Virus record (IMG/VR): IMGVR_UViG_3300023065_000157
Location: 1-47,914 of that record
Length of the DNA: 47,914 bases
Strand: one strand, 5' to 3'
Source: a virus
Lineage: Duplodnaviria > Caudoviricetes
This document shows, piece by piece, positions 1 through 7,980 of this stretch. The notes under the pieces were generated by a model. The model made no database searches. It saw nothing but the letters and a program-made list of their open reading frames with translations, and had not been told where the DNA came from. Each line of letters begins with the position of its first letter. The first letter of the stretch is position 1. The translations under genes were made by a program, and so were the position numbers.

Positions 1-483
1 ATGCAGTCCATCACCCCACCCCACACCCACGCTACCTTCATCGGGCCCGCCTCGATCGATGGCCCGGCGCATTTCGTACCCTTGGCCGGCGTGCGCGCTC
101 GGCTTGGATTTCCCTCACCCGCCGATGACTTCATGGACGAGTCGATCGACCTTCACCGGCTGCTGGTCCGCAATCCGTCCGCCACGTTCCTATACCGCGC
201 CGATGGCTGGTCGATGCTGGGCGTGGGCATCAGCGACGGCGATATCTTGGTGATCGACCGCTCTGTGACGCCGCAGGGCGGCGACCTGGTCATCGCGGTC
301 TGGGATGGCAACCAGCCAACCTGCAAGGTGCTCAAGACCTTCGAACACCACCTCGAGCTCCACTCGGCCAATCCCGAGTTCCCTCCCATCGTCCTGGACC
401 AAGGGACGGAGGTGGAGGTCTTCGCGGTGGTGGGCGTGGTGCGCCAGATTCAGCGGAGGCGCGGCCATGTTCGGCCTCGTTGA
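1..483 (+). CDS. umuD: UmuD-like S24 peptidase (error-prone polymerase V subunit)
   Basis: GFPSPA cleavage region, GWSM catalytic Ser, CK catalytic Lys; overlaps the umuC start. Confidence 0.9.
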   Translation: MQSITPPHTHATFIGPASIDGPAHFVPLAGVRARLGFPSPADDFMDESIDLHRLLVRNPSATFLYRADGWSMLGVGISDGDILVIDRSVTPQGGDLVIAVWDGNQPTCKVLKTFEHHLELHSANPEFPPIVLDQGTEVEVFAVVGVVRQIQRRRGHVRPR

Positions 484-1717
484 CGGCAACAACTTCTACG
501 CCAGCTGCGAGCGCGTGTTCCAGCCCAAGCTGCGCGGCGTCCCCCTGGTGGTGCTGAGCAACAACGATGGCTGCGCCATCGCTCGCTCGGCCGAGGCCAA
601 GGCACTGGGCATCAAGATGGGTCAGCCGGCCCACGAACTGAAGCACCTAGTGCGTCGGCACGGGCTGCAGATGCGATCGGCGAACTTCGGCCTCTACGGC
701 GACATGAGCGCTCGGGTCGTTTCCATCTTGCGGGAGGCAGCGCCACGCGTGGAGGTCTACAGCATCGATGAGAGCTTCATCGACCTGACAGGCGTGCCCG
801 GCCGCGAGGCCTTCGCAAAGGAGCTGCGCACCAGGGTGCACCGCTGGACCGGCATACCGAACTGCATCGGCATCGGCCCGACAAAGACGCTGGCCAAGCT
901 CGCCAACAAGGCGGCGAAGACCGGCACGGGCGTGGTGGATCTCGGCGACAGGGCGGCCCGTGATGCCCTGCTGCCGAAATTTCCAGTGGAAGACCTATGG
1001 GGCGTCGGCCGGCGCTTGGCGCCGAAGCTGGTGGCGATGGGCGTCCGGACCGCCGCAGATCTCCGGGATGCGCCAGCGGATGACATCCTTGCCAAGTTCG
1101 GGGTGACCTTGGCGCGCACGCAGCGTGAGCTCCAAGGCCACCCGTGCATGGAACTGGAGGAAGTGGAGCCCGATCGGCAGCAAATCATGGTGAGTCGCTC
1201 GTTCGCTGACCGGGTGCACGACCACGAGGCCGTGGCCCAGGCACTCGCAACCTTCGCGGTGCTCGCCTGCGAAAAGCTGCGCGCTCGCGGCATGGTCGCT
1301 TCCAGTCTGTGGATCTTCGCTCACTCGGACGCCTTCCGCCCGGAGCTGCCACAGCACACCGCCAACCGGACGATAGCTCTGCCGGCGGCGACCAGCGACA
1401 CGATGCTCGTGCTGGGGATGGTTCGCCGCATGCTTCGCGGCCTGCTGCGGGAAGGTATCGGGTACAAGAAGGCGGGTGTCGCCCTGCTTGATCTAGCGCG
1501 ACCGGAAGACGTTCAGCAGGACCTGTTCGCGCCAGCGGTCGCTGGCGACCAGAGGCTCATGGATACCATCGACCAGATCAACCGTAAGTTCGGCCGCGGC
1601 GTGGCCGGCTTGGGTGCTTCGGGCTGGAAGGACAAGCCGGCTTGGGGCATGCGGCAACGCATTCTATCGCCCGACTACACAACGTCCGTTCACGAGCTGC
1701 CTCGAGCCTACTGTTAG
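467..1717 (+). CDS. umuC: Y-family DNA polymerase, UmuC-like
   Basis: Starts MFGLVDGNNFYASCE (ATG 467, GGAGG RBS); YSIDE motif; C-terminal WxMRQ..LSP.YTT typical of UmuC. Confidence 0.93.
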   Translation: MFGLVDGNNFYASCERVFQPKLRGVPLVVLSNNDGCAIARSAEAKALGIKMGQPAHELKHLVRRHGLQMRSANFGLYGDMSARVVSILREAAPRVEVYSIDESFIDLTGVPGREAFAKELRTRVHRWTGIPNCIGIGPTKTLAKLANKAAKTGTGVVDLGDRAARDALLPKFPVEDLWGVGRRLAPKLVAMGVRTAADLRDAPADDILAKFGVTLARTQRELQGHPCMELEEVEPDRQQIMVSRSFADRVHDHEAVAQALATFAVLACEKLRARGMVASSLWIFAHSDAFRPELPQHTANRTIALPAATSDTMLVLGMVRRMLRGLLREGIGYKKAGVALLDLARPEDVQQDLFAPAVAGDQRLMDTIDQINRKFGRGVAGLGASGWKDKPAWGMRQRILSPDYTTSVHELPRAYC

Positions 1718-1752
1718 CACTGCAGCAGTCACGGCAGTGGATCTCTGAAAAT

Positions 1753-2232
1753 TTACGAGCTTTCGCCGTCAGCAGCCTTAGAGGCGCGATTAGAACTGTT
1801 ATTACTCAAGCGGAAAACTTCGTTATTGATTTTGAGCGCAGTGTCAATGATTCGGCGTACACGCTCGATTTGACCGGCCACCTCTGCGAGACTGACCGCA
1901 TCATTCATGCGGTAATCTGCCCGCACTCTCGCATCACGCGCAGCGTCCAATGCCGCTAACATCTGATTTTTCAGTGGAACCAAGCACCTTAGGTCAACCC
2001 CAAGCGAGTCCGTGCGCCACTCCCTGAGCCGCTCAAACATCTCAGTGTGTGAGATGTGGACAGAGTTAGCGGGACATTTTCGCGACTTTGGCAGCTGATC
2101 AACAAACGGATGGAGCACATGAAAAGCCGCGTAATAGGATCTACTACACGCTGCGCGTAGCGTTACTTCGTCCGATTGCGAACAAGCATGCCTCTTCGCA
2201 AAATCTCGCAAATTCTCAGGCGATATTGGCAT
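1753..2232 (-). CDS. HEPN-domain protein (putative RNase toxin)
   Basis: SRSYYAAFH, SHxxM and RxxADY motifs of small HEPN proteins; probable start MPISPEN at 2232, overlapping the upstream gene by 17 nt. Confidence 0.7.
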   Translation of the reverse strand: MPISPENLRDFAKRHACSQSDEVTLRAACSRSYYAAFHVLHPFVDQLPKSRKCPANSVHISHTEMFERLREWRTDSLGVDLRCLVPLKNQMLAALDAARDARVRADYRMNDAVSLAEVAGQIERVRRIIDTALKINNEVFRLSNNSSNRASKAADGESS

Positions 2233-3106
2233 CAGCCGCCTCGGCCAACGTTGGAAGAAACGCCAAGCTCGCCGCGCCGGAGCTAACTGCTGAGAAGTTC
2301 TCCATTGCAAGACGACCGTAATAATCCCATTCCGCTTCAGTGCAAAGACTTGGAGTCGTTGCGACCAAGATTTGAACGTGAACCGTCGCCGGGAGGTTAT
2401 CGTGCGGAACAAATGATGATTTCACTGCAACTATTTTCAAGCGCTTTTCGCGCAAGAATTTAATAGCACAACCCACCGGCTCGGACCAGGCGTCACCTTC
2501 CAATCCATGCGCCGCGAGCAATGCAGTCGCATCATCAGCGTTAACCGCATAGTTGCTACAAGGCAGCGGCTCCTCAAATTGGAAAAGATCCGAAGGAATC
2601 ACTTCACCCACGACTTGAGCGGAAGCAATACCTAGATCTCCCTGAAATTCGTCCTCCGGGACGTCGCCACCAATCGACACAAGCTCCTCACGCAAGCTAT
2701 ACGCGTCATATAGAAGGCCAACATAACCAAGCAAGCTCGTAACAGCGCGCATTGCTGGGAGGTTTCCCTCTAGTGTATGGCGATACTCACCAAACTTGGC
2801 TTTGACCTTTTCGACCTGTCCAGTTACGCAAAGCATTGCGAGCCACCGAACGATGATATTTGGATCGTTCGGGAGAATTCGCAACGCGCGCGCGAAATTC
2901 TCATCGGCATCATGAAATTCATTTGCTATCGCAGCAGTGTAGCCACGAAGCTCCCACGCACCAGACGCATCGATTGATACCAGATCATCAATCTTCTTCT
3001 GGAGGCGGCGCTGACTCAACAGATCGCTTGCACCGGTCTTCAGCGTTTCGAACGCATCGGCCAAGGTATCGTTGAATATAGTTTTCGGGGAAGCGCTGGC
3101 TGACAC
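2216..3106 (-). CDS. TPR-like repeat protein, partner of the HEPN gene
   Basis: AWELRG..A...EFHDADENFARALRILPND is a TPR-like helix pair; lower GC than the backbone; start uncertain (GTG 3106, ORF open to 3151). Confidence 0.6.
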   Translation of the reverse strand: MSASASPKTIFNDTLADAFETLKTGASDLLSQRRLQKKIDDLVSIDASGAWELRGYTAAIANEFHDADENFARALRILPNDPNIIVRWLAMLCVTGQVEKVKAKFGEYRHTLEGNLPAMRAVTSLLGYVGLLYDAYSLREELVSIGGDVPEDEFQGDLGIASAQVVGEVIPSDLFQFEEPLPCSNYAVNADDATALLAAHGLEGDAWSEPVGCAIKFLREKRLKIVAVKSSFVPHDNLPATVHVQILVATTPSLCTEAEWDYYGRLAMENFSAVSSGAASLAFLPTLAEAADANIA

Positions 3107-3421
3107 AGATGCGCGGCCGATGGGCAGAGGGATCCAGCATATCACCCCCAACCGCCCGCTGTGACGAGGGGCTGCTCCCCAATTCGTGTGATCGATACGG
3201 GGCAGTCAACAGGATCCTATTCATGTCGGGCCGATTCGCCTAGACCACGATTCAGACGCCACGGCACGTCAGTGCGATGCAAAGTTGCCGGCGGGCCGCT
3301 GCTCAGGCGCACCATCACCCGGGCTGAGCTGCCTGCGGCTCCCGGATCCGGCATGTCGATGATGGGTCGCGGCGCAGCCGCGGACCATAGGCCAACTGCG
3401 TAAGACAGTGTGGGCGCTGCC

Positions 3422-4354
3422 CTACGCCGCCAGCCGATGCTCGTAGAACGGATGGCGCTTGTCGTCGAAGATCGCGTAGAGCGCGCCCAGGTCGGCCGGG
3501 TTGGGGTTGAGCCAGGCATCCACGTGCTCGGGCCTGATGTTGATAATCGTCCGGTCATGGCCAGCCTCGGCGACCTCGGGCTCGGGGTCATCGGTGATCG
3601 CCGCGAAGGACAGTAGATCGGGCTCCTTGCCGGCCGGATCCACCCAGTGGGACCACAGGCAGGCCACCAGCATCGGATCGCCCGTGCGGGGTCTGAACTG
3701 CACCACCTGGTTGCCGCCGTCCGGCCCCTCCACGTTCTCGTAGAAGGTATCGACCACCATGAGCGCGTGCGTGTACCCGAAGGCCGGCCGCCAGAAGCCC
3801 TCCAGGCTGTCGCGCCTGGCGTTGTAGGTGCCGGGATAGCGCTGGTCGTAGCTGGCCGGCTTCCCGGCGAGCCGGCACTGGTAGCGCATCGGCTTCACTA
3901 CTCGCTTGCCGCCCTCCGACACGATCACGGTGCCGTACACGCCGGGGAAAATCCGCGAGTCTCTTGCCACGTGGTCGGTGCGCCGAAGGTCGGCCAGCTT
4001 GCCTTGGGCCCGGGCGATCTTGTTGGTCGCCACCCGCACGTCGTTCTCGGCCTTCTTCGTGACCTTGGTCTGCAGCGCGCGCTCGGCGTTGACCAAGCGG
4101 GTCTTCTGGGTGAACAGCTCCTGCTCGAAGGCAGTGGCATCCCCGGAGTTCCAGCCCTGGATCGCCGCCCACACCGATCGCTCGGCAGGGCTGCGGCCCG
4201 CGGCGAACGCATCGTCCATGGTCTTCGGCGTCTTCGGCCTCTTCTTGCCCGGATCGTGGGCATAGAGCGCCGCAAACTCGTCCATAGAGACCACCGCCCC
4301 GAACTCGCGCACGAGCTTGTGGTAATCGGCCTTGATTTGAGCGGAATAACACAT
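3422..4354 (-). CDS. SOS response-associated peptidase (SRAP/YedK/HMCES family)
   Basis: N-terminal MC (catalytic Cys2), YNARRD, FYE and GHDR motifs. Confidence 0.88.
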   Translation of the reverse strand: MCYSAQIKADYHKLVREFGAVVSMDEFAALYAHDPGKKRPKTPKTMDDAFAAGRSPAERSVWAAIQGWNSGDATAFEQELFTQKTRLVNAERALQTKVTKKAENDVRVATNKIARAQGKLADLRRTDHVARDSRIFPGVYGTVIVSEGGKRVVKPMRYQCRLAGKPASYDQRYPGTYNARRDSLEGFWRPAFGYTHALMVVDTFYENVEGPDGGNQVVQFRPRTGDPMLVACLWSHWVDPAGKEPDLLSFAAITDDPEPEVAEAGHDRTIINIRPEHVDAWLNPNPADLGALYAIFDDKRHPFYEHRLAA

Positions 4355-4477
4355 GGCCGGATTACACCACGGCCCGCTCAAGGATCCGTGAGCGATGAAA
4401 TCTGCCAAACCTTAACAAGCGGACGACTATGATTCACGTTCGAGGCATGCCGGCCCCGTCGCCAAGCACAGAGGCCC

Positions 4478-4765
4478 ATGCCCAACACCGGACAGTTCTA
4501 TCTCGTTGACGTCGCTGGCCAAGCCGATGAGGCTGGGCGGCTGCTTGAAGTAACGAGCGTTCAGTGCCGATGCCTGCCGTGCGGCTGGTCGTTTGATGCC
4601 TTGCCTGGCCGGGGCCTGATTGCCATTGCGGGAGGAGCCGTTCTCGCCTGCCCGCATTGTGAGAATCGTCAGGCCGTCAGCCTGGCTAGATTTTCTGAGT
4701 TCATTGACCGCGTTGGCAGCGGGTCTCGCCCAGCACCCACGGATGCCGATCACCTGAGCCACTAG
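4478..4765 (+). CDS. Small putative zinc-ribbon protein
   Basis: CLPC and CPHC pairs; AGAGG RBS; divergent from SRAP. Confidence 0.6.
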   Translation: MPNTGQFYLVDVAGQADEAGRLLEVTSVQCRCLPCGWSFDALPGRGLIAIAGGAVLACPHCENRQAVSLARFSEFIDRVGSGSRPAPTDADHLSH

Positions 4766-4951
4766 GGGGCTGAGACGGTTGCAATGCTGCTGGCCAGCAA
4801 GCGATGGAGGCCTACCGCGTCGGCAGGCGATGAACAAGCCAAGCAAGGAGCTTGAGGAACCCCTCGAGGCTCGGATTCCATCCGAGGCCGCGCTATTAAA
4901 GGTGGCCAATCGTCTCCGATGGCCACCCATGTGAAGCCTATTGCTATCAGC

Positions 4952-5809
4952 CTACATCTGCTGACCGCACTCCAAAGTGGTTTCTTGTGGTCGCCAATCG
5001 CAAGCAATGATCACATTGTCGTTGCCACCGCCGCCGATCCCGTGAAAGCGCGCACCGATGTCCAACAGCGCACCGAGGAAGTCATCGAGACTGGTTCCGG
5101 CACTGAACGTCCACGTGCCAGCGTATTCCTGCGTGTTCTCAGCGGGCAGAACTTGCCCGTCGGCAAAACGACCGCTTCCAGGAACATAGCTGTAGTCCCC
5201 AAATACTGACGACTTAACAAAGGTGGACCGGCTTCCATCGTCACCTTTGATCACCACCTTGACTTGGAACGTCGCTTGGTCCCCAAAGAGGTTGTTCACC
5301 AAGTAGAAGACGCGCTCCATACCTGCTTTGAATCCGTCACGAACGGAGATCCGGCTGTCAATCCTGGTCTGTATAGCAGCACGGATGTTGACGTTACTCT
5401 GGATATCGTACGCAGTGATGCTGGGATCAAGCCAAGGAGCCTGGTCTCGAATTTCCTGAATTGGAATCTCGATACTCATGACCATTGGCTCGCCATATAT
5501 CTGTGCGGCGGCCTGCAACTCTTGCATTGCAGCTTGCTCTGCGGGCGATGCCTCTGCCTCTACCACATTCATCTCCTCACCAAATTCAATGGGAGACTCG
5601 CCCCAGCCCGACACTTGATAGTGCCGAAGAATGCCAGCGCTGACGTTGTAAATGGTGTGAGAACCGTCGCCCGAATACATGGCGAGCTCTCGCATTTGGT
5701 AAGCGTCACAACCATCACATGGCAACGTAACGGCTTCCACCGGAGCGGAATAAAGCGCCAACCCCGCGACTACCGCCAAAGCACTTACACATGATCTAAT
5801 CATGCTCAT
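4952..5809 (-). CDS. Secreted hypothetical protein (moron)
   Basis: Signal peptide ending in VEA; AAGGAG RBS; Cys pairs near both ends; lower GC. Confidence 0.75.
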   Translation of the reverse strand: MSMIRSCVSALAVVAGLALYSAPVEAVTLPCDGCDAYQMRELAMYSGDGSHTIYNVSAGILRHYQVSGWGESPIEFGEEMNVVEAEASPAEQAAMQELQAAAQIYGEPMVMSIEIPIQEIRDQAPWLDPSITAYDIQSNVNIRAAIQTRIDSRISVRDGFKAGMERVFYLVNNLFGDQATFQVKVVIKGDDGSRSTFVKSSVFGDYSYVPGSGRFADGQVLPAENTQEYAGTWTFSAGTSLDDFLGALLDIGARFHGIGGGGNDNVIIACDWRPQETTLECGQQM

Positions 5810-6171
5810 TCGACATCACTCCTTGATCTAAGACAACTCTCGATTGAACCGCTCATGAATGTGAGCCAATCGTTTGTCTCATAGATGTCATGTGCTCGCA
5901 AGAACACCTGTCACAAAACTCGAGGCACTCGCTCCTGCGTCATCAGTACGTTGAGCATGCTCATCTTCTTCATTTACCACCACATGCCGGCGTGGTTGAA
6001 GGCGAGCCAGGCCGGTGACTGGTTGGCGGCCGATCAATGCGATGGCGATGCTGCTAGCCAATAAGCTGCGGTCCCCACCCTCCCCGGAATTGCTACCCCG
6101 GCTATTTGGGGCAAAACTGTCTAGAGCAGCGTGCGACGCCGATCAACGAGAAGAGCTGTTCACAGAGCGGG

Positions 6172-6398
6172 CTACGCGGGAGCTTTCGACGTCGCCCTAT
6201 TGGTGGCGACGATCTGCTTGGCCAGAGATTCTGCGGCGGTCAATGCATCTAGGCATGAGGACGCCCGCCAATTGACTTGCTCAGCCACAACGTCCCCGAC
6301 CTTGAGTGAAAGCAGCGTCCAATCAGCTTGGCTGCTGCGCCAGAGCTCTGCGGAATAGCTATATGCATCAATGGCGAGCTATACCGTGAAACATGCAT
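6172..6398 (-). pseudogene. Possible frameshifted small gene
   Basis: ATG at 6398 (TGATG-coupled) reads MHVSRYS; a protein-like frame (AIDAYSYSAELWRSS...SLAKQIVATN) continues in another frame with no start of its own. Confidence 0.25.
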
Positions 6399-6562
6399 CA
6401 TTTGATCGAGTTGCCATCGGTCTCCTTCGCGACGTCGCGATCCGAAAGGCGTGTCGTCGTCCTTTTCCTGTGTCGCCTCCAAGCACGCTCGGCCAAGCCG
6501 GCAAGACCCAAAAAGCAAGCAAACAGCAGTGCAAGTTCCAGCAAATTGATCAGCAAGTTCAT
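6398..6562 (-). CDS. Small single-pass membrane protein
   Basis: MNLLINLLELALLFACFLGLAGLA followed by a basic tail; GAGG upstream. Confidence 0.5.
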   Translation of the reverse strand: MNLLINLLELALLFACFLGLAGLAERAWRRHRKRTTTRLSDRDVAKETDGNSIK

Positions 6563-6710
6563 GGGGGCGCCTCGTGGCGGCAACTACGCTTCAAAAAACG
6601 AAATGGCTGTGCCCCCTGCACACGAAAATGTAAGTCCCGGGTCAATTGGAAAACTGAGACCTACATCACCATTTCTCACCTGCAATACGACTGGACGTCA
6701 AAGTTTCGAC

Positions 6711-6956
6711 TCAGGGATCGTCGTTCGTCTCATAACCGGATGAACTTCCAGGGCTTTCGCCGGGTGCCGCGATTCGGAGGTGTGAAACACGCCATCCTCC
6801 ATGCGACCTAAAACGACCGCTGTCTCCAGTGACTGCGTACCTCACAGCAAGCAATGCGGCTTTCCCCTTACCGACGTGCCAAGCCCGAATCTTGTCGTAG
6901 GCATATTTGTAACGCGCAACATGCATCCGCATCTCGTCCATTCTTTCGTTAAGCAC
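6711..6956 (-). CDS. Small hypothetical protein
   Basis: Protein-like ORF; start uncertain. Confidence 0.4.
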   Translation of the reverse strand: MLNERMDEMRMHVARYKYAYDKIRAWHVGKGKAALLAVRYAVTGDSGRFRSHGGWRVSHLRIAAPGESPGSSSGYETNDDP

Positions 6957-7205
6957 CGGTCGAGAATAGGCGAGCTTCGACGCATATTGATGTATCGGAG
7001 CTAACTTCCGTCAAAACTTTGACACGGCATCCGATCCTCCGGCAGGTCTTGGCAACAGGTGGCGAGAGCCGTGCGATAGCGATGCTGCTGGCCAGCGAGC
7101 CTCCTTCCACGGAGGCATACCGGGTCAGGCGCGCGGCCAACATGCCACGCAATAACAGGACGGAAACGACCACAGCGCCAGTGATTCCGCTTTCGCCGAC
7201 AGCGA

Positions 7206-7976
7206 TCAGTACAAGGTGATCCCCCGCGACGCCATCCGTGAGCGGGAGCGTGCGTACACGGCATCCAGCTCTGCCTGTGTCAGTGCGCGATCGAAGACCA
7301 CCAGCTCCGCGTGGGCCACCGAACCATCGTAGGGAGTCGTGCTCGACACGTAGTAGGCGTTGCCCAGGGCCAGGTTGCGTGCGGACTTCGCATAGGCCTG
7401 CGCGAGGACGTTGGAGACCATGCTCGCACCACCCACGTACGCCTTCCACGCTCTCGATCCCACCTCGAAGGTCATCGCCATGAAGATCCAACCGCCGCGA
7501 GCACCTGCGATGTTTGCAGCGGGCATGAACGTGACGGTGCCATTCGGTCGTGCCAACAGCTGGAACGTATCCGATGCACCGCCACGGAGAATGCCAAAGC
7601 CCTTGCCGTCACCGGCTCCGCCCTGAAGCGTACCCGCGATGATCGAGCCTCGGCCATCCTGCCCGTCGTAGCGCATGACTGTGCAGACAGTGAAGGAATC
7701 AGGTTCAGGAAGGCTGCTGACCAGCCCATTTTGACCACCCGCCGCTGTATGCAGGAAGGCATTGGCGTAGGAAGGCGGAGCGCTGGGGTTTGCCGGGGCA
7801 AGGGTCAGCCGTCCCTTCAGGCCAATCAGGGACGCGTCACTGCCGCCGAAGAGGAAATGGTCGATGGCGTCGGCCTCGGGGAGATCCCCGAAGACCGGTG
7901 ACCAGCGACTGGACGAGAGCGCGGGCGCGCCGGCCGGAGGGGCGATGCCCTCGACAGTGGGAACTTGTACGCGCAT
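7206..7976 (-). CDS. Tail-associated beta-sandwich (LamG/ConA-like) protein
   Basis: Start MRVQVPT at 7976 with GGAG RBS, directly after the tail spike; WIFMAMTF and ELVVFDRALTQAEL resemble LamG-type motifs. Confidence 0.65.
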   Translation of the reverse strand: MRVQVPTVEGIAPPAGAPALSSSRWSPVFGDLPEADAIDHFLFGGSDASLIGLKGRLTLAPANPSAPPSYANAFLHTAAGGQNGLVSSLPEPDSFTVCTVMRYDGQDGRGSIIAGTLQGGAGDGKGFGILRGGASDTFQLLARPNGTVTFMPAANIAGARGGWIFMAMTFEVGSRAWKAYVGGASMVSNVLAQAYAKSARNLALGNAYYVSSTTPYDGSVAHAELVVFDRALTQAELDAVYARSRSRMASRGITLY

Positions 7977-7980
7977 GGGA

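Noticed and set aside
305-466. N-terminal extension of the umuC ORF
   Set aside because: The family N-terminus and RBS indicate ATG 467.
2233-2412. N-terminal extension of the HEPN ORF
   Set aside because: Overlaps the partner gene and is not protein-like; ATG 2232 fits better.
6949-7264. Several overlapping ORFs after the LamG-like gene
   Set aside because: None has a convincing RBS or composition; the coding frame could not be chosen.
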